Positions 26,487 through 37,799 of a DNA stretch of 64,000 nucleotides are shown here, one piece after another. Location of the stretch: positions 744,001-808,000 of the forward strand of contig MU008160.1 in assembly GCA_010909165.1 (NCBI GenBank), given 5' to 3'. The DNA comes from Anthoceros angustus. Taxonomy: Eukaryota; Plantae; Anthocerotophyta. The position numbers were made by a program, and so were the translations under genes. Position 1 is the stretch's first letter. Every line of letters begins with the position of its first letter. The notes under the pieces were generated by a model. The model saw nothing but the letters and a program-made list of their open reading frames with translations, made no database searches and was not told the DNA's origin.

Positions 26487-27006
26487 CTCTGCTCACCCCG
26501 GCCGCGATTCTTCCCACCTCAACAACAAGACAACGCACGTTAGGAGACACTCGCAAAGCACGTTAGACTCTCCAGACAAGAGAGTTCTCGCCTACTTGAT
26601 GTCGTGTTTGCCATTCCCAAGTTACTCCTCCTTCAATGCAAACTTAGCAGCTTGATATGATAGACCCAAACCCTTTTATCACACCTCCTGGCACGGCAAA
26701 GCGGTTGCTGGTCTCCCCCCCAAACCTATCAGCCCAAAGTGCCCATGCAAGGCATGGCCTATGCCCAACCTGGTCGATGCTGCCCTGCCTTGGCCACCCG
26801 CACCGATAACCGATTCCGACCACCGCGATGGCCCCATGCCCTGCTGCCGTCGGCGGCATTGGGCAACCATGTTAGACTCTGTTCCACTTGTTTCGTTTTG
26901 TGTCTTTTGCTATGGGCACCCAAAACAGAACCGGCTGCACTCTCCTTCCTGGACATCCTGCAAGAGACTGTTGTTAGACTCATCTTCCGACGGGGGTCCC
27001 TGAACG

Positions 27007-29610
27007 ATGGTCACGGTGTGGCAACCGGACCCGTTGTGGACCCAACAAATTGGTGTGTGTACAAGAATTCTACGAGGATCTCCCGCTCACCTCGGTTTTG
27101 GGAGCCAACCCCTGGCAAACAAAGCCTCCAGGTGCAGCAGTGTAAGGAGCCCAGCATTTCCACTTCCGACCACATGTGTGGGTGGGGATGGAATTTCCAG
27201 CGATGGCCGTCGCCAGGAGCAGGAGCACTTGTGGCAACAGTTTTTTCTGGACCCTACCATGTGGTGGGACAACAGACGAGATAAGAAAAGCTCCCGTTCG
27301 CCTGACTTCCGGCGTAAGGGGTCCGGCGAGGTGCTGTGGTTAAACAGCATGCTAAAGCCAGCTTGGGTTGATGAGCAGCTCGTTTCCTTGGATATGCAGA
27401 TCGGTCATGGTGCCTCTCCTTCCACTTCGAGCTCTCCGGATAAGCCTGAGCCTAGGAGGGGTGCAGGATCAGAAATGGACGTCGTAACGGCTAGAACCGT
27501 GAGCAAGTTATGTCAGCAGGGGAAGCTCTCTGAGGCCGTTGTAGCCCTGGAATCTCTGGTGCAGACAGACTCTGCTATCTCTCGGTCTCTGTTTTACACC
27601 GTGCTAAAACTGTGTGCAGCCAAAAAAGATTTGGTTGTGGGGCGACGAGTTCATGACCTCACTGTCAAACTTGGGTACGAGTCGAATGCATATTTGGGGA
27701 ACCATATCTTGCGCATGTATGCATCTGGAGGTAGGCTGCAAGAGGCCATGGATGTGTTCACCAGGGTGGTTCAACCAGATGCCTTCATGTGGTTCTCCAT
27801 GATCTCTGCGTACGCTAAACTTGGGAAGCCTGAAGACGCCATACAACTGTACCATGGGATGCGGAGGGCAGGAGTGAAGGCGAATGGTCACGTGTTTGTA
27901 GCTGCCCTTCAGGCTTGTGCATTTGCTGCTGACTTGGAATCCGGCAGAAAAGTGCACTGGGATGTGTTGCACAGTGGCATTCCTACCAACTTGTTTGTTG
28001 GCAACTCCCTGGTGGACATGTATGCGAAATGTGGCGAACTGAAAGATGCGCGCCAGGTTTTTGAAAGCATGGCCGAGAAGGATGTGGTGACATGGACTGC
28101 GCTGATTGCTGGGTATGCACAGCAAGGTCTCAGCCGAGAGGCGCTTGTTGTGTATGAACGAATGGAGCAGGAGGGCCTGATTTTGGCTAACCATGTTACT
28201 TTTGCTTGCCTTCTGAAGGCCTGTGCAAGCACTGGTGCCTTACAGAAGGGCAGGCAGCTGCACTCGCAGATTGTGGAAAGAGGACTGCTGGATGACATAC
28301 TGGTGGGCACCTGCCTGGTGGACATGTATGCAAAATGTGGTGAACTGGAAGATGCACGCCAGGTTTTTGACAGCTTGGCCACAAAGGATGTGGTGACATG
28401 GACAGCGCTGATTGCTGGGTATGCACAGCAAGGGCTCGGCCATGAGGCACTTGTTCTGTATGGACAAATGGAGCAGGAGGGCCTGATTTTGGCTAATCAT
28501 GTTACTTTTGCTTGCCTTCTAAAGGCCTGTGCATGCACTGGTGCCTTACAGAAGGGGAGGCAGCTGCACTCACAGATTGTTGAAAGAGGACTGCTGGATA
28601 ACGTAGTGTTGGGCAACTTCCTGGTGGACATGTATGCAAAATGTGGTGAACTGGAAGATGCACGCCAGGTTTTTGACAGCTTGGCCACAAAGGATGTGGT
28701 GACATGGAATGCCCTGATAGCCGGGTATGGCACTTGTGATGATGGTCACAGAGCCCTAGCTTGCTTTGAGGAGATGTTAGGTGCCGGTATCCAGCCTGAT
28801 GATGCTAGTTTTACCTGCCTTCTAGTAGCATGCAGTCATGAGGGACTAGTCCAGGAGGGTCGCAAGCACTTTGATTCCATGGCTGAACAGCATGGCATCA
28901 AACCTACTATTGAGCATTACACTTGCATGATTGATCTTCTAGGGCGTGCAGGCCATTTAGATGAGGCAGAGAACATGCTCTTATCGTGCGAGGGCCAAAG
29001 TAATGTTGTGGCCTTGACGTCTTTATTGAATGCCTGCAAAAGCCATGGCGATATAGACAGGGCGCTGCGGTGTTTTAAAAGCCTTGTTAGACTGGACCCT
29101 CAGCAGGCGTCCGCATATGTGCTCATGGCCAATGCCTACGCAGATGCAGGTAGGTGGTCCGACGCAGACAGGATTGAAACACACAGAATGGTAGCAGGAG
29201 CTAACAAGAAACCTGCAGTGGCGAGCATTGAGGTGAAGAATCAGGTACATACATTTTCTGTGGGAGAAAGAAGAGATGATATAGCGCCTAAGGTAGAGTC
29301 CACGAATGCACGTTTGAAGCAGGAAGGAGGCCATGTAGCTCACACAAAGTTGGTGTTGAAGCCACTGTCTGAGATGGAAAAGGAAGACGTGCTTTGTGGG
29401 CATGCTGAGAAGCTAGCTCTGGCGTATGGTCTCTTAAACACTCCGAGTGGAACACCTCTGGTGGTAACAAAGAATCTACGCATGTGCAGTGATTGCCACA
29501 GCTCCACGGAGATCATGTCAAGGCTTGAGCATAGAGACATTGTTGTAAGGGATGGGTACCGTGTGCATCGATTCGCAAATGGTTGTTGCAGTTGTAAGGG
29601 TCGACCGTGA
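27007..29610 (+). CDS. Intact 867-aa PDF-motif + PLS-PPR + E1/E2 + DYW:KP (GRP-type) putative U-to-C RNA editing factor
   Basis: Single ORF. PDF motif LWQQFFLDPTMWWDNRRDKKSSRSPDFRRKGSGEVLWL; about 14 PLS motifs; KKPAVASIEV, CGHAEKLA, CSDCH, and C-terminal CSCKGRP. Confidence 0.95.
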   Translation: MVTVWQPDPLWTQQIGVCTRILRGSPAHLGFGSQPLANKASRCSSVRSPAFPLPTTCVGGDGISSDGRRQEQEHLWQQFFLDPTMWWDNRRDKKSSRSPDFRRKGSGEVLWLNSMLKPAWVDEQLVSLDMQIGHGASPSTSSSPDKPEPRRGAGSEMDVVTARTVSKLCQQGKLSEAVVALESLVQTDSAISRSLFYTVLKLCAAKKDLVVGRRVHDLTVKLGYESNAYLGNHILRMYASGGRLQEAMDVFTRVVQPDAFMWFSMISAYAKLGKPEDAIQLYHGMRRAGVKANGHVFVAALQACAFAADLESGRKVHWDVLHSGIPTNLFVGNSLVDMYAKCGELKDARQVFESMAEKDVVTWTALIAGYAQQGLSREALVVYERMEQEGLILANHVTFACLLKACASTGALQKGRQLHSQIVERGLLDDILVGTCLVDMYAKCGELEDARQVFDSLATKDVVTWTALIAGYAQQGLGHEALVLYGQMEQEGLILANHVTFACLLKACACTGALQKGRQLHSQIVERGLLDNVVLGNFLVDMYAKCGELEDARQVFDSLATKDVVTWNALIAGYGTCDDGHRALACFEEMLGAGIQPDDASFTCLLVACSHEGLVQEGRKHFDSMAEQHGIKPTIEHYTCMIDLLGRAGHLDEAENMLLSCEGQSNVVALTSLLNACKSHGDIDRALRCFKSLVRLDPQQASAYVLMANAYADAGRWSDADRIETHRMVAGANKKPAVASIEVKNQVHTFSVGERRDDIAPKVESTNARLKQEGGHVAHTKLVLKPLSEMEKEDVLCGHAEKLALAYGLLNTPSGTPLVVTKNLRMCSDCHSSTEIMSRLEHRDIVVRDGYRVHRFANGCCSCKGRP

Positions 29611-30483
29611 GAATAATGAAGAATTAGCCAGTACTCAACATGTTTACGCCTGAGAATATTGTTTTTTCTCTTGGGGTTGAACGTGATTGTTTAGCTTTTC
29701 ATCCATGTTCAAGGTGCGACCTGGACATAAATCGCTAATACTGAGCCACCTTGTAGCAGAGTTTGTTTGTACTCACAATCGAACTTATCTCCTCCCGTAT
29801 GTAAGTACTGTGAAGAAAGAGTTATGATGGCAGGTGAGAACGGAGCCATTTTCAGTGGATACTGTTAAAATACAACTCAACCGAGGACTTGAACTGCCAC
29901 CTAGAGGCTGAAGTGAGTGGGGCTCCTGGTGTCTCTTCCCTCCTCATAAACCATACATCTCAAATTACTTCTAGCTTTTGTGTAGGCTGTTTTTTCTTCT
30001 AGTGTATGACATTGTAGGCATAGTCACTAACTTCGGGTGGAGAGCTTTGTTCCTCCTTTTCAACTTGACCCTCAGGTCAAGGAAGATGGGCTTCTCCCAT
30101 CAATGTTTTCGCGTCAATAAAAATTTTATGGTAATGCTTGTGTGATAGTATATGCTCAAACATACAATCAGGTAAGGCATACATATATATATACATACAC
30201 ACACTTGGTATCTATGTATGTGAAATATGCATTATTTGCTCTTTGTTGCCAACTAGGACGGTTCCTAAAACTCGTCAAGTTATTAATGTGCATTAATGCG
30301 GGGGGCCCCACCACTCATACTGATTGCCCGTTACCACACGGGATGCGGTGCATCCCCTAATGCTATGGCTATGCATCCATCCAAGCATTGTATGTAAGCC
30401 CTCACGACCGTAATTTCATTCACGGATGGCTCACTATGCCATGAACACTATTAGGTTTATTGCGTGTACATTACATGCTCAAA

Positions 30484-30898
30484 CTAGCAGGAGCTAACAA
30501 GAAACCTGCAGTGGCGAGCATTGAGGTGAAGAATCAGGTACATACATTTTCTGTGGGAGAAAGAAGAGATGATATAGCGCCTAAGGTAGAGTCCACGAAT
30601 GCACGTTTGAAGCAGGAAGGAGGCCATGTAGCTCACACAAAGTTGGTGTTGAAGCCACTGTGAGAAGGAAAAGGAAGATGCTTTGTGGGCATGCTGAGAA
30701 GCTAGCTCTGGCGTTTGGTCTCTTGAACACCTGAGTGGGACACCTCTGGTGGTAACGAAGAATCTACGCATGTGCAGTGACTGCCACAGTTCCACGGAGA
30801 TCATGTCAAGGCTTGAACATAGAGACATTGTTGTAAGGGATGGGTACCGTGTGCATCGATTCGCAAATGGTTGTTGCAGTTGTAAGGGTCGACCGTGA
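30484..30898 (+). pseudogene. Duplicated DYW:KP fragment (copy of 29192-29610 within a ~1.29-kb duplication)
   Basis: AGANKKPAVASIEVKNQVHTFSVGE...KGRP*, followed by the same 3' flank as 29611 onward. Confidence 0.8.
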
Positions 30899-31799
30899 GA
30901 ATAATGAAGAATTAGCCAGTACTCAACATGTTTACGCCTGAGAATATTGTTTTTTCTCTTGGGGTTGAACGTGATTGTTTAGCTTTTCATCCATGTTCAA
31001 GGTGCGACCTGGACATAAATCGCTAATACTGAGCCACCTTGTAGCAGAGTTTGTTTGTACTCACAATCGAACTTATCTCCTCCCGTATGTAAGTACTGTG
31101 AAGAAAGAGTTATGATGGCAGGTGAGAACGGAGCCATTTTCAGTGGATACTGTTAAAATACAACTCAACCCGAGGACTTGAACTGCCACCTAGAGGCTGA
31201 AGTGAGGTAAGGGCTCCTGGTGTCTCTTCCCTCCTCATAAACCATACATCTCAAATTACTTCTAGCTTTTGTGTAGGCTGTTTTTTCTTCTAGTGTATGA
31301 CATTGTAGGCATAGTCACTAACTTCGGGTGGAGAGCTTTGTTCCTCCTTTTCAACTTGACCCTCAGGTCAAGGAAGATGGGCTTCTCCCATCAATGTTTT
31401 CGCGTCAATAAAAATTTTATGGTAATGCTTGTGTGATAGTATATGCTCAAACATACAATCAGGTAAGGCATACATATATATATACATACACACACACTTG
31501 GTATCTATGTATGTGAAATATGCATTATTTGCTCTTTGTTGCCAACTAGGACAGCGGTTCCTAAAACTCGTCAAGTTATTAATGTGCACGTGTGTGCAGA
31601 CGTGGGCCCCACCACTCATACTCTGATTGCCCGTTACCACCGGGATGTCGGTGCATCCCCTAATGCTATGGCTATGCATCCATCCAAGCATTGTATGTAA
31701 TTAAGCCTACGAAACCGTAATTTCATTCACGGATGGCTCACTATGCCATGAACACTATTAGGCTGTTTATTGCGTGTACATTACATGCTCAAACTAGCA

Positions 31800-33170
31800 T
31801 GTGTCTTCACCAACCACGCACTCACTGTGAACGCCGATCCATCGGGTGTCGAACATTTCAAGCTATGAGTGTAGAAGCATCATCTTGTCTTGACCTGCCG
31901 ATCGGGTGGGAGGTACAGGAACCACCGCAAGGTCCTTTCAAAATCCTTGATTTGACATTATCTTCTGTTATTATCAGTAGAAAAGTGTTGACTGAAGGGA
32001 AATGCACTCCGTTGTTGTCTAATGTCGCCATCATTGGGATAGAGTGGAGGACTTGCTTCACGAGACGATAGACCACTCATTTCCTACCTGCTCGGAAGGA
32101 GACCGACAAAAAGGCAAGGGGAACTAACATCATACGTAGACAAAACATGTGGTCTTGGCTCAGGCACACCAAATATTAGTGTGTCTTTGGACAACAGATT
32201 TCGCAAAGAACGACGAAATGTCTGTGTATCTCAAAGCACAGGAAACATAAAGGCAAGATATTAAGACTCTCTAGTGTGAAACATGCTTGTCAATACCACT
32301 TTGATGTCAAGCAACTTGCTTGTTGCGCCATCTTGCATTGTGTTTATTGTCCATAACTAGCATGTCGACAACTCCGACCAAATTTGTCATGGCTTCAAGA
32401 CAATGCAAACCCACAAGGTTTGCTGCTCATTTAATCTTGAGATACGTGCATGGGTCCAACACAAATTTTTGCGAGCCACTAAAAGATGATCCGTATGGAG
32501 CACGCTCGTAAAGTGGATTTGAAAACATGCTTATGGTCATGACAGGTGACTTCCTCATGATGACCATCTTCCTTCAACCTCATGACATTGATAATATCGC
32601 ATCAATCGTCACCACATGCTTTACCAGCACCATACGAACGATGAGTTGTGCGGATGTGGATAGAAGCTCTAAAACATCGATGGTACCATTCCAATTTAGG
32701 CCCTTTACTTTGGGGTGCAAACACCTTTAGAGGTCTATGATGCTTCAATTTGGAAACAATAGTGTGATCTCCTTGATGCCACTTTTGGCACCAAGTACAA
32801 GTTCCACTCGTACACCTTGATGGTCTTTGATACTTACTATAGCGGAGTCCTCACCGCTTGGATTATCACGACAAAAGGCAAACCGGAGGATTTGCAGGAA
32901 GTTGTATGCATTTCAAATGCATATGCAGCAACATAGTCCACTATGGCACTGTTGCTTTCCTTGTGGATGATGTCACAAATAGGTGCTGGGCCACATGGGA
33001 GATGCTGCCAATCTTGCTATGTTTATGGCATGTTAGGAATGTTGGCCGCGCCACCTCTTGCTTAAGGTTAGCTGGAGGACAAGAGTGGCAATCTTTAGTC
33101 GCCTTGGTGACATCATGTATGTTTTCGTTGGCGTAACCGAGGCCGGAAGATGATGCAACAAATGTACGTT
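31800..33170 (+). mobile_element. MULE/Mutator-like transposase, degenerate copy 1
   Basis: Indel-rich duplicate of 33190-34610. Confidence 0.65.
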
Positions 33171-33189
33171 TATTATGTACATTACATGC

Positions 33190-34740
33190 TCAAACTAGCA
33201 TGTGTCTTCACCAACCACGCACTCACTGTGAACGCCGATCCATCGGGTGTCGAACATTTCAAGCTATGAGTGTAGAAGCATCATCTTGTCTTGACCTGCC
33301 GATCGGGTGGGAGGTACAGGAACCACCGCAAGGTCCTTTCAAAATCCTTGATTTGACATTATCTTCTGTTATTATCAGTAGAAAAGTGTTGACTGAAGGG
33401 AAATGCACTCCGTTGTTGTCTAATGTCGCCATCATTCAGTGGGATAGAGTGGAGGACTTGCTTCACGGAGACAGTATAGACCACTCATTTCCTACCTCGT
33501 TCTGGAAGGAGACCGACAAAAAGGCAAGGGAACTAACATCACACGAGACAAAACATGTGGTCTTGGCTCAGGCACACCAAATATTAGTGTGTCTTTGACA
33601 ACAGATTTCGCAAAGAACGACGAAATGTCTGTGTATCTCAAAGTACAGGGAAACATAAAGGCAAGATATTAAGACTCTCTAGTGTGAAACATGCTTGTCA
33701 ATACCACTTTGATGTCAAGCAACTTGCTTGTTGGCGTCATCTTGCAGCTGTGTTTATTGTCCATAACTAGCATGTCGACAACTCCGACCAAATTTGTCAT
33801 GGCTTCCAGTACAATGCAAACCCACAGGCAAGGTTTGCTGCTCATTTGAGTACTGAGATACGTGCATGGGTCCAACACAAATTTTTTGCAGGAGCCACTA
33901 AAAGACAGATCTGTATGGAGCACGTTCAGAAAGTGGATTTGAAAACACAGGCTTATGGTCATGACAGGGTGACTTCCCTCATGATGACCATCTTCCTTCA
34001 ACCTCATGACATTGATAATATCGCATCAACTGTCACCACATGCTTTTACCAGTACCATACGAACGATGAGTTAAGTGTGCGGATGTGGATAGAAGCTCAC
34101 AGAAACATCGTATGGTACCATTCCAATTTAGGCCCTTTTACGCTAGGGGTGCAAACAGCCTTTCAGAGGTCTATGATGCTTCAATTTGGAAACAATAGTG
34201 TGATCTCCCTTGATGCCACTTTTGGCACCAATAAGTACAAGTTCCACTCGTACACCTTGATGGTCTTTGATACTTACTATAGCGGAGTCCTCACTGCTTG
34301 GATTATCACGGACAGTGGCAAACTGGAGGATTTGCAGGCGTAGTTGTATGCATTTCAAATGCATATGCAGCAACATAGTCCACTATGGCACTGTTGCTTT
34401 CCTTGTGGATGATGTCACAAATAGGTGCTGGGCCACATGGGGAGATGCTGCCAATCTTGCTATGTTTATGGCATGTTAGGAATGTTGGCCGCGCCACCTC
34501 TTGCTTAAGGTTAGCTGGAGGACAAGAGTGGCAATCTTTAGTCGCCTTGGTGACATCATGTATGTTTTCGTTGGCGTAACCGAGGCCGGAAGATGATGCA
34601 ACAAATGTACGTGGATTATGAAAGAGAAGCTCCAGAGTTCATTCAGTACTTTAAGAATCAATGGGAGGGAGTGCTACCTATATGGCTAAAGTATTCCAGG
34701 ACCATGCCACATGTTGCCCAGGATAACAAAATCAGGGAAC
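33190..34740 (+). mobile_element. MULE/Mutator-like transposase pseudogene, copy 2
   Basis: ORF 33846-34343: PFTLGVQTAFQRSMMLQFGNNSVISLDATFGTNKYKFHSYTLMVFD...AWIIT (first catalytic D region); in-frame TAG at 34341. Confidence 0.8.
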
Positions 34741-35726
34741 GCTGGATTTGTGTCAAGGCAGCTTGATATGGTGCAAAGGCACACAAGGACTAGAAAAACA
34801 CACAAGCTCAAAGTGCTGGATTGTATATACGAATGTATATGATGAAAAGAGTCTTAAGTTGTTTATATAATGTAAACCTAAAAAGCAACATTGTCATACG
34901 CCTAGGTTACATACATAACAAACACATATATTTTTCATACTCCCACATAAGCTAGGCAGTATACAAACTGGAAAGCGGAGCGTAAACATAACGGACACAT
35001 TCTCCTTAGCATAAAAACTGGGAAGTGGCGGCGGCGCAATGTCTCAGTTACTCGTTGTAGTGGCGATCATCCTCGCAACCTTCTGTCTCTTAATCCAGTT
35101 GCAGCAGCAGATGACGACGAGAGGTGGGGCTCGCTACAGGCCTGAAAACTACGGGGAAGATGCTGTGCCGAGGAAGAAAAGGACAAGCAGGGAGCAGAGC
35201 ACTGCGCTGCGTATAGGTTCCGGTGCGAAGAAATAGAGAGCCTTCGACTTGCAGCAGTTTGCTAGGGGCTTTGGCTGGGAGGTGGAGGTGTTGGCCAAAG
35301 TGACAATGAAACGGGAAGAACGAGCTGAAGTTGGCACCAAAACTGAGACCGGGCATAGACCTACTAGTGACCCGCTACGGAATGAGGTCGATGGGAGCGT
35401 CAGGACACGCGCCACAGGATGAGGATGTGGAGAACACAAAACAAGGCGAAAAAGGGAAAGGAGAAGAGCTCCCGCTGTATGACTCCAAGAAGCCATGATT
35501 AGGTGAATTCGCGATTCATCCATGGGCGCATGACCTCTAGGTTGACTAAGCGACTGAACGTATTGTGTGCCGCAGAGCAAAGAGATGGACAGATAGGATG
35601 GCTAGCTACTTGTGGGTCTTTGCTCAACTCTTGTTGATTTCATATGCAATGTATTTCATTTGCCCATCCACGATCATTTGAAGCTAATTGCCCCTAAGTC
35701 TCGAGCACCATAAAAGTTTGAGTCGA

Positions 35727-36600
35727 TTGCAGGAGCCACTAAAAGAGACCAGATGAGCACGTAAAGTGGATTTGAAAACACAGCTTATGGTCATGACAGT
35801 GACTTCATGATGACCATCTTCCTTCAACCTCATGACATTGATAATATCGCATCAATCGTCACCACATGCTTTTACCAAGACATATACGAACGATGAGTTA
35901 AGTGCGGATGTGGATAGAAGCTCAGAAACATCGTATGGTACCATTCCAATTTAGGCCCTTTACGCTTAGGGGTGCAAACACCTTTCAGTCTATGATGCTT
36001 CAATTTGGAAACAATAGTGTGATCTCCTTGATGCCACTTTTGGCACCAATAAGTACAAGTTCCACTCGACACCTTGATGGTCTTTGATACTTACTATAGC
36101 GGAGTCCTCACTGCTTGGATTATCACGGACAGTGGCAAACTGGAGGATTTGCAGGCGTAGTTGTATGCATTTCAAATGCATATGCAGCAACATAGTCCAC
36201 TATGGCAGCCCAGTGCTTTCCTTGTGGATGATGCTGCTGCTCAAATAGGTGCTTTGCGGGCCACATGGGGAGATGCTGTGCCAATCTTGCTATGTTTATG
36301 GCATGTTAGGAAATGTTGGCTGCGTCACCTCTTGCTTAAGGTTAGCCAGTGGAGGACAAGAGTGGCAATCTTTAGTCGCCTTGGTGACATCATGTATGTT
36401 TCTCGTCGTTGGCACACAGAAACTGAGGCCAGGAAGATGATGCAACAAATGTACGTGGATTATGAAAGAGAAGCTCCAGAGTTCATTCAGTACTTTAAGA
36501 ATCAATGGGAGGGAGTGCTACCTATATGGCTAAAGTATTCCAGGACCATGCCACATGTTGCCCAGGATAACAAAATCAGGGAACGCTGGATTTGTGTCAA
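35727..36600 (+). mobile_element. MULE transposase, copy 3 (second D and CxxH motif), truncated before the catalytic E and SWIM domain
   Basis: ORF 36161-36688: PSAFLVDDAAAQIGALRATWGDAVPILLCLWHVRKCW...FIQYFKNQW. Confidence 0.8.
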
Positions 36601-37721
36601 GGCAGTTTTGATATGGTGCAAAAGGCACACAAGGACTAGAAAACACACAAGCTCAAAGTCTTTGGATTGTATATACGAATGTATATGATGAAAAGAGTCT
36701 TAAGTTGTTTATATAATGTAAACCTAAAAAGCAACATTGTCATACGCCTAGGTTACATACATAACAAACACATATATTTTTCATACTCCCACATAAGCTA
36801 GGCGATACAAACCGGAAAGCGGAGCGTAAACATAACGGACACATTCTCCTTAGCATAAAAACTGGGAAGTGGCGGCGCAATGTCTCGGGCCATTGCCAGT
36901 GGCGATCATCCTCGCAACCTTCATCTCTTAATCCAGTTGCAGCAGCAGATGACGACGAGAGGTGGGGCTCACAGCCCGAAAACTACGGGAAGATGTCAGG
37001 CCGAGGAAGAAAAGGACAAGTGGAGGCGAGCATGCTGCGTATAGGTTCCATAAGAAATAGAGAGCCACTTTGAGGCTTTGCTGGGAGGTGGAGGTGTTGG
37101 CCAAAGTGACAATGAAACGGGAAGAACGAGCTGAAGTTGGCACCAAAACTGAGACCGGGCATAGACCTACTAGTGACCCGCTACGAGGAATGAGGGTCAG
37201 ATGGGAGCAGGCTGTCCAGACACCGCTGCCACAGGATGAGGATGTGGAGAACACAGCAAACAAGGCGACGAAAAAAGGGAAAGGAGAAGAGCTCCCACAG
37301 AAGGACTGCTCCTAAGAAGCCATGATTAGGTGAATTCTGTGACGATTCATCCATGGGCGGCATGACCTCTAGGTTGACTAAGCCTGACCTGAACGTATTG
37401 TTGTGTGCCGCAGAGCAAAGAGATGGACAGATGGGTAGGATGGCTAGCTACTTGTGGGTCTTTGCTCTGAACTCTTGTTGATTTCATATGCAATGTATTT
37501 CATTTGCCCATCCACGATCATTTGAAGCTAATTGCCCCTAAGTCTCGAGCACCATAAAAAGTTTGAGCTGATTCCAGCGAGTCGTGCAAGTCTTCAAACA
37601 AGGCAATTGGCAAGTCATTGTGGCTTGTACATATGCCCATACAAAGTATGTATGTATGAAACAACTGTATGAGGTGGCTCTGATTTTCTCAAGTAATGCC
37701 TTATATTTATCCTCTTTTTTG

Positions 37722-37799
37722 GTGAATGGACGGCTAAGACAAATTGTTGGGTTTACATGAGTTGTGAATGGACGGCTAAGACAAATTGTTGGGTTTACA
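37722..37799. repeat. Tandem duplication, ~42-bp unit x2
   Basis: GTGAATGGACGGCTAAGACAAATTGTTGGGTTTACA occurs twice. Confidence 0.85.

Noticed and set aside
26739-27284. Overlapping alternative-frame ORF (ATGPVVDPTNWCVY...GPYHVVGQQTR) recurring over the 5' end of many paralogs
   Set aside because: It is broken by TGA in the more diverged copies (43840, 48399) and stops early in the 12639 copy. Its recurrence is explained by DNA similarity.
27909-28733. Many antisense ORFs ([24 protein letters not shown]...)
   Set aside because: Shadow frames of the PPR repeats, with no independent coding signal.
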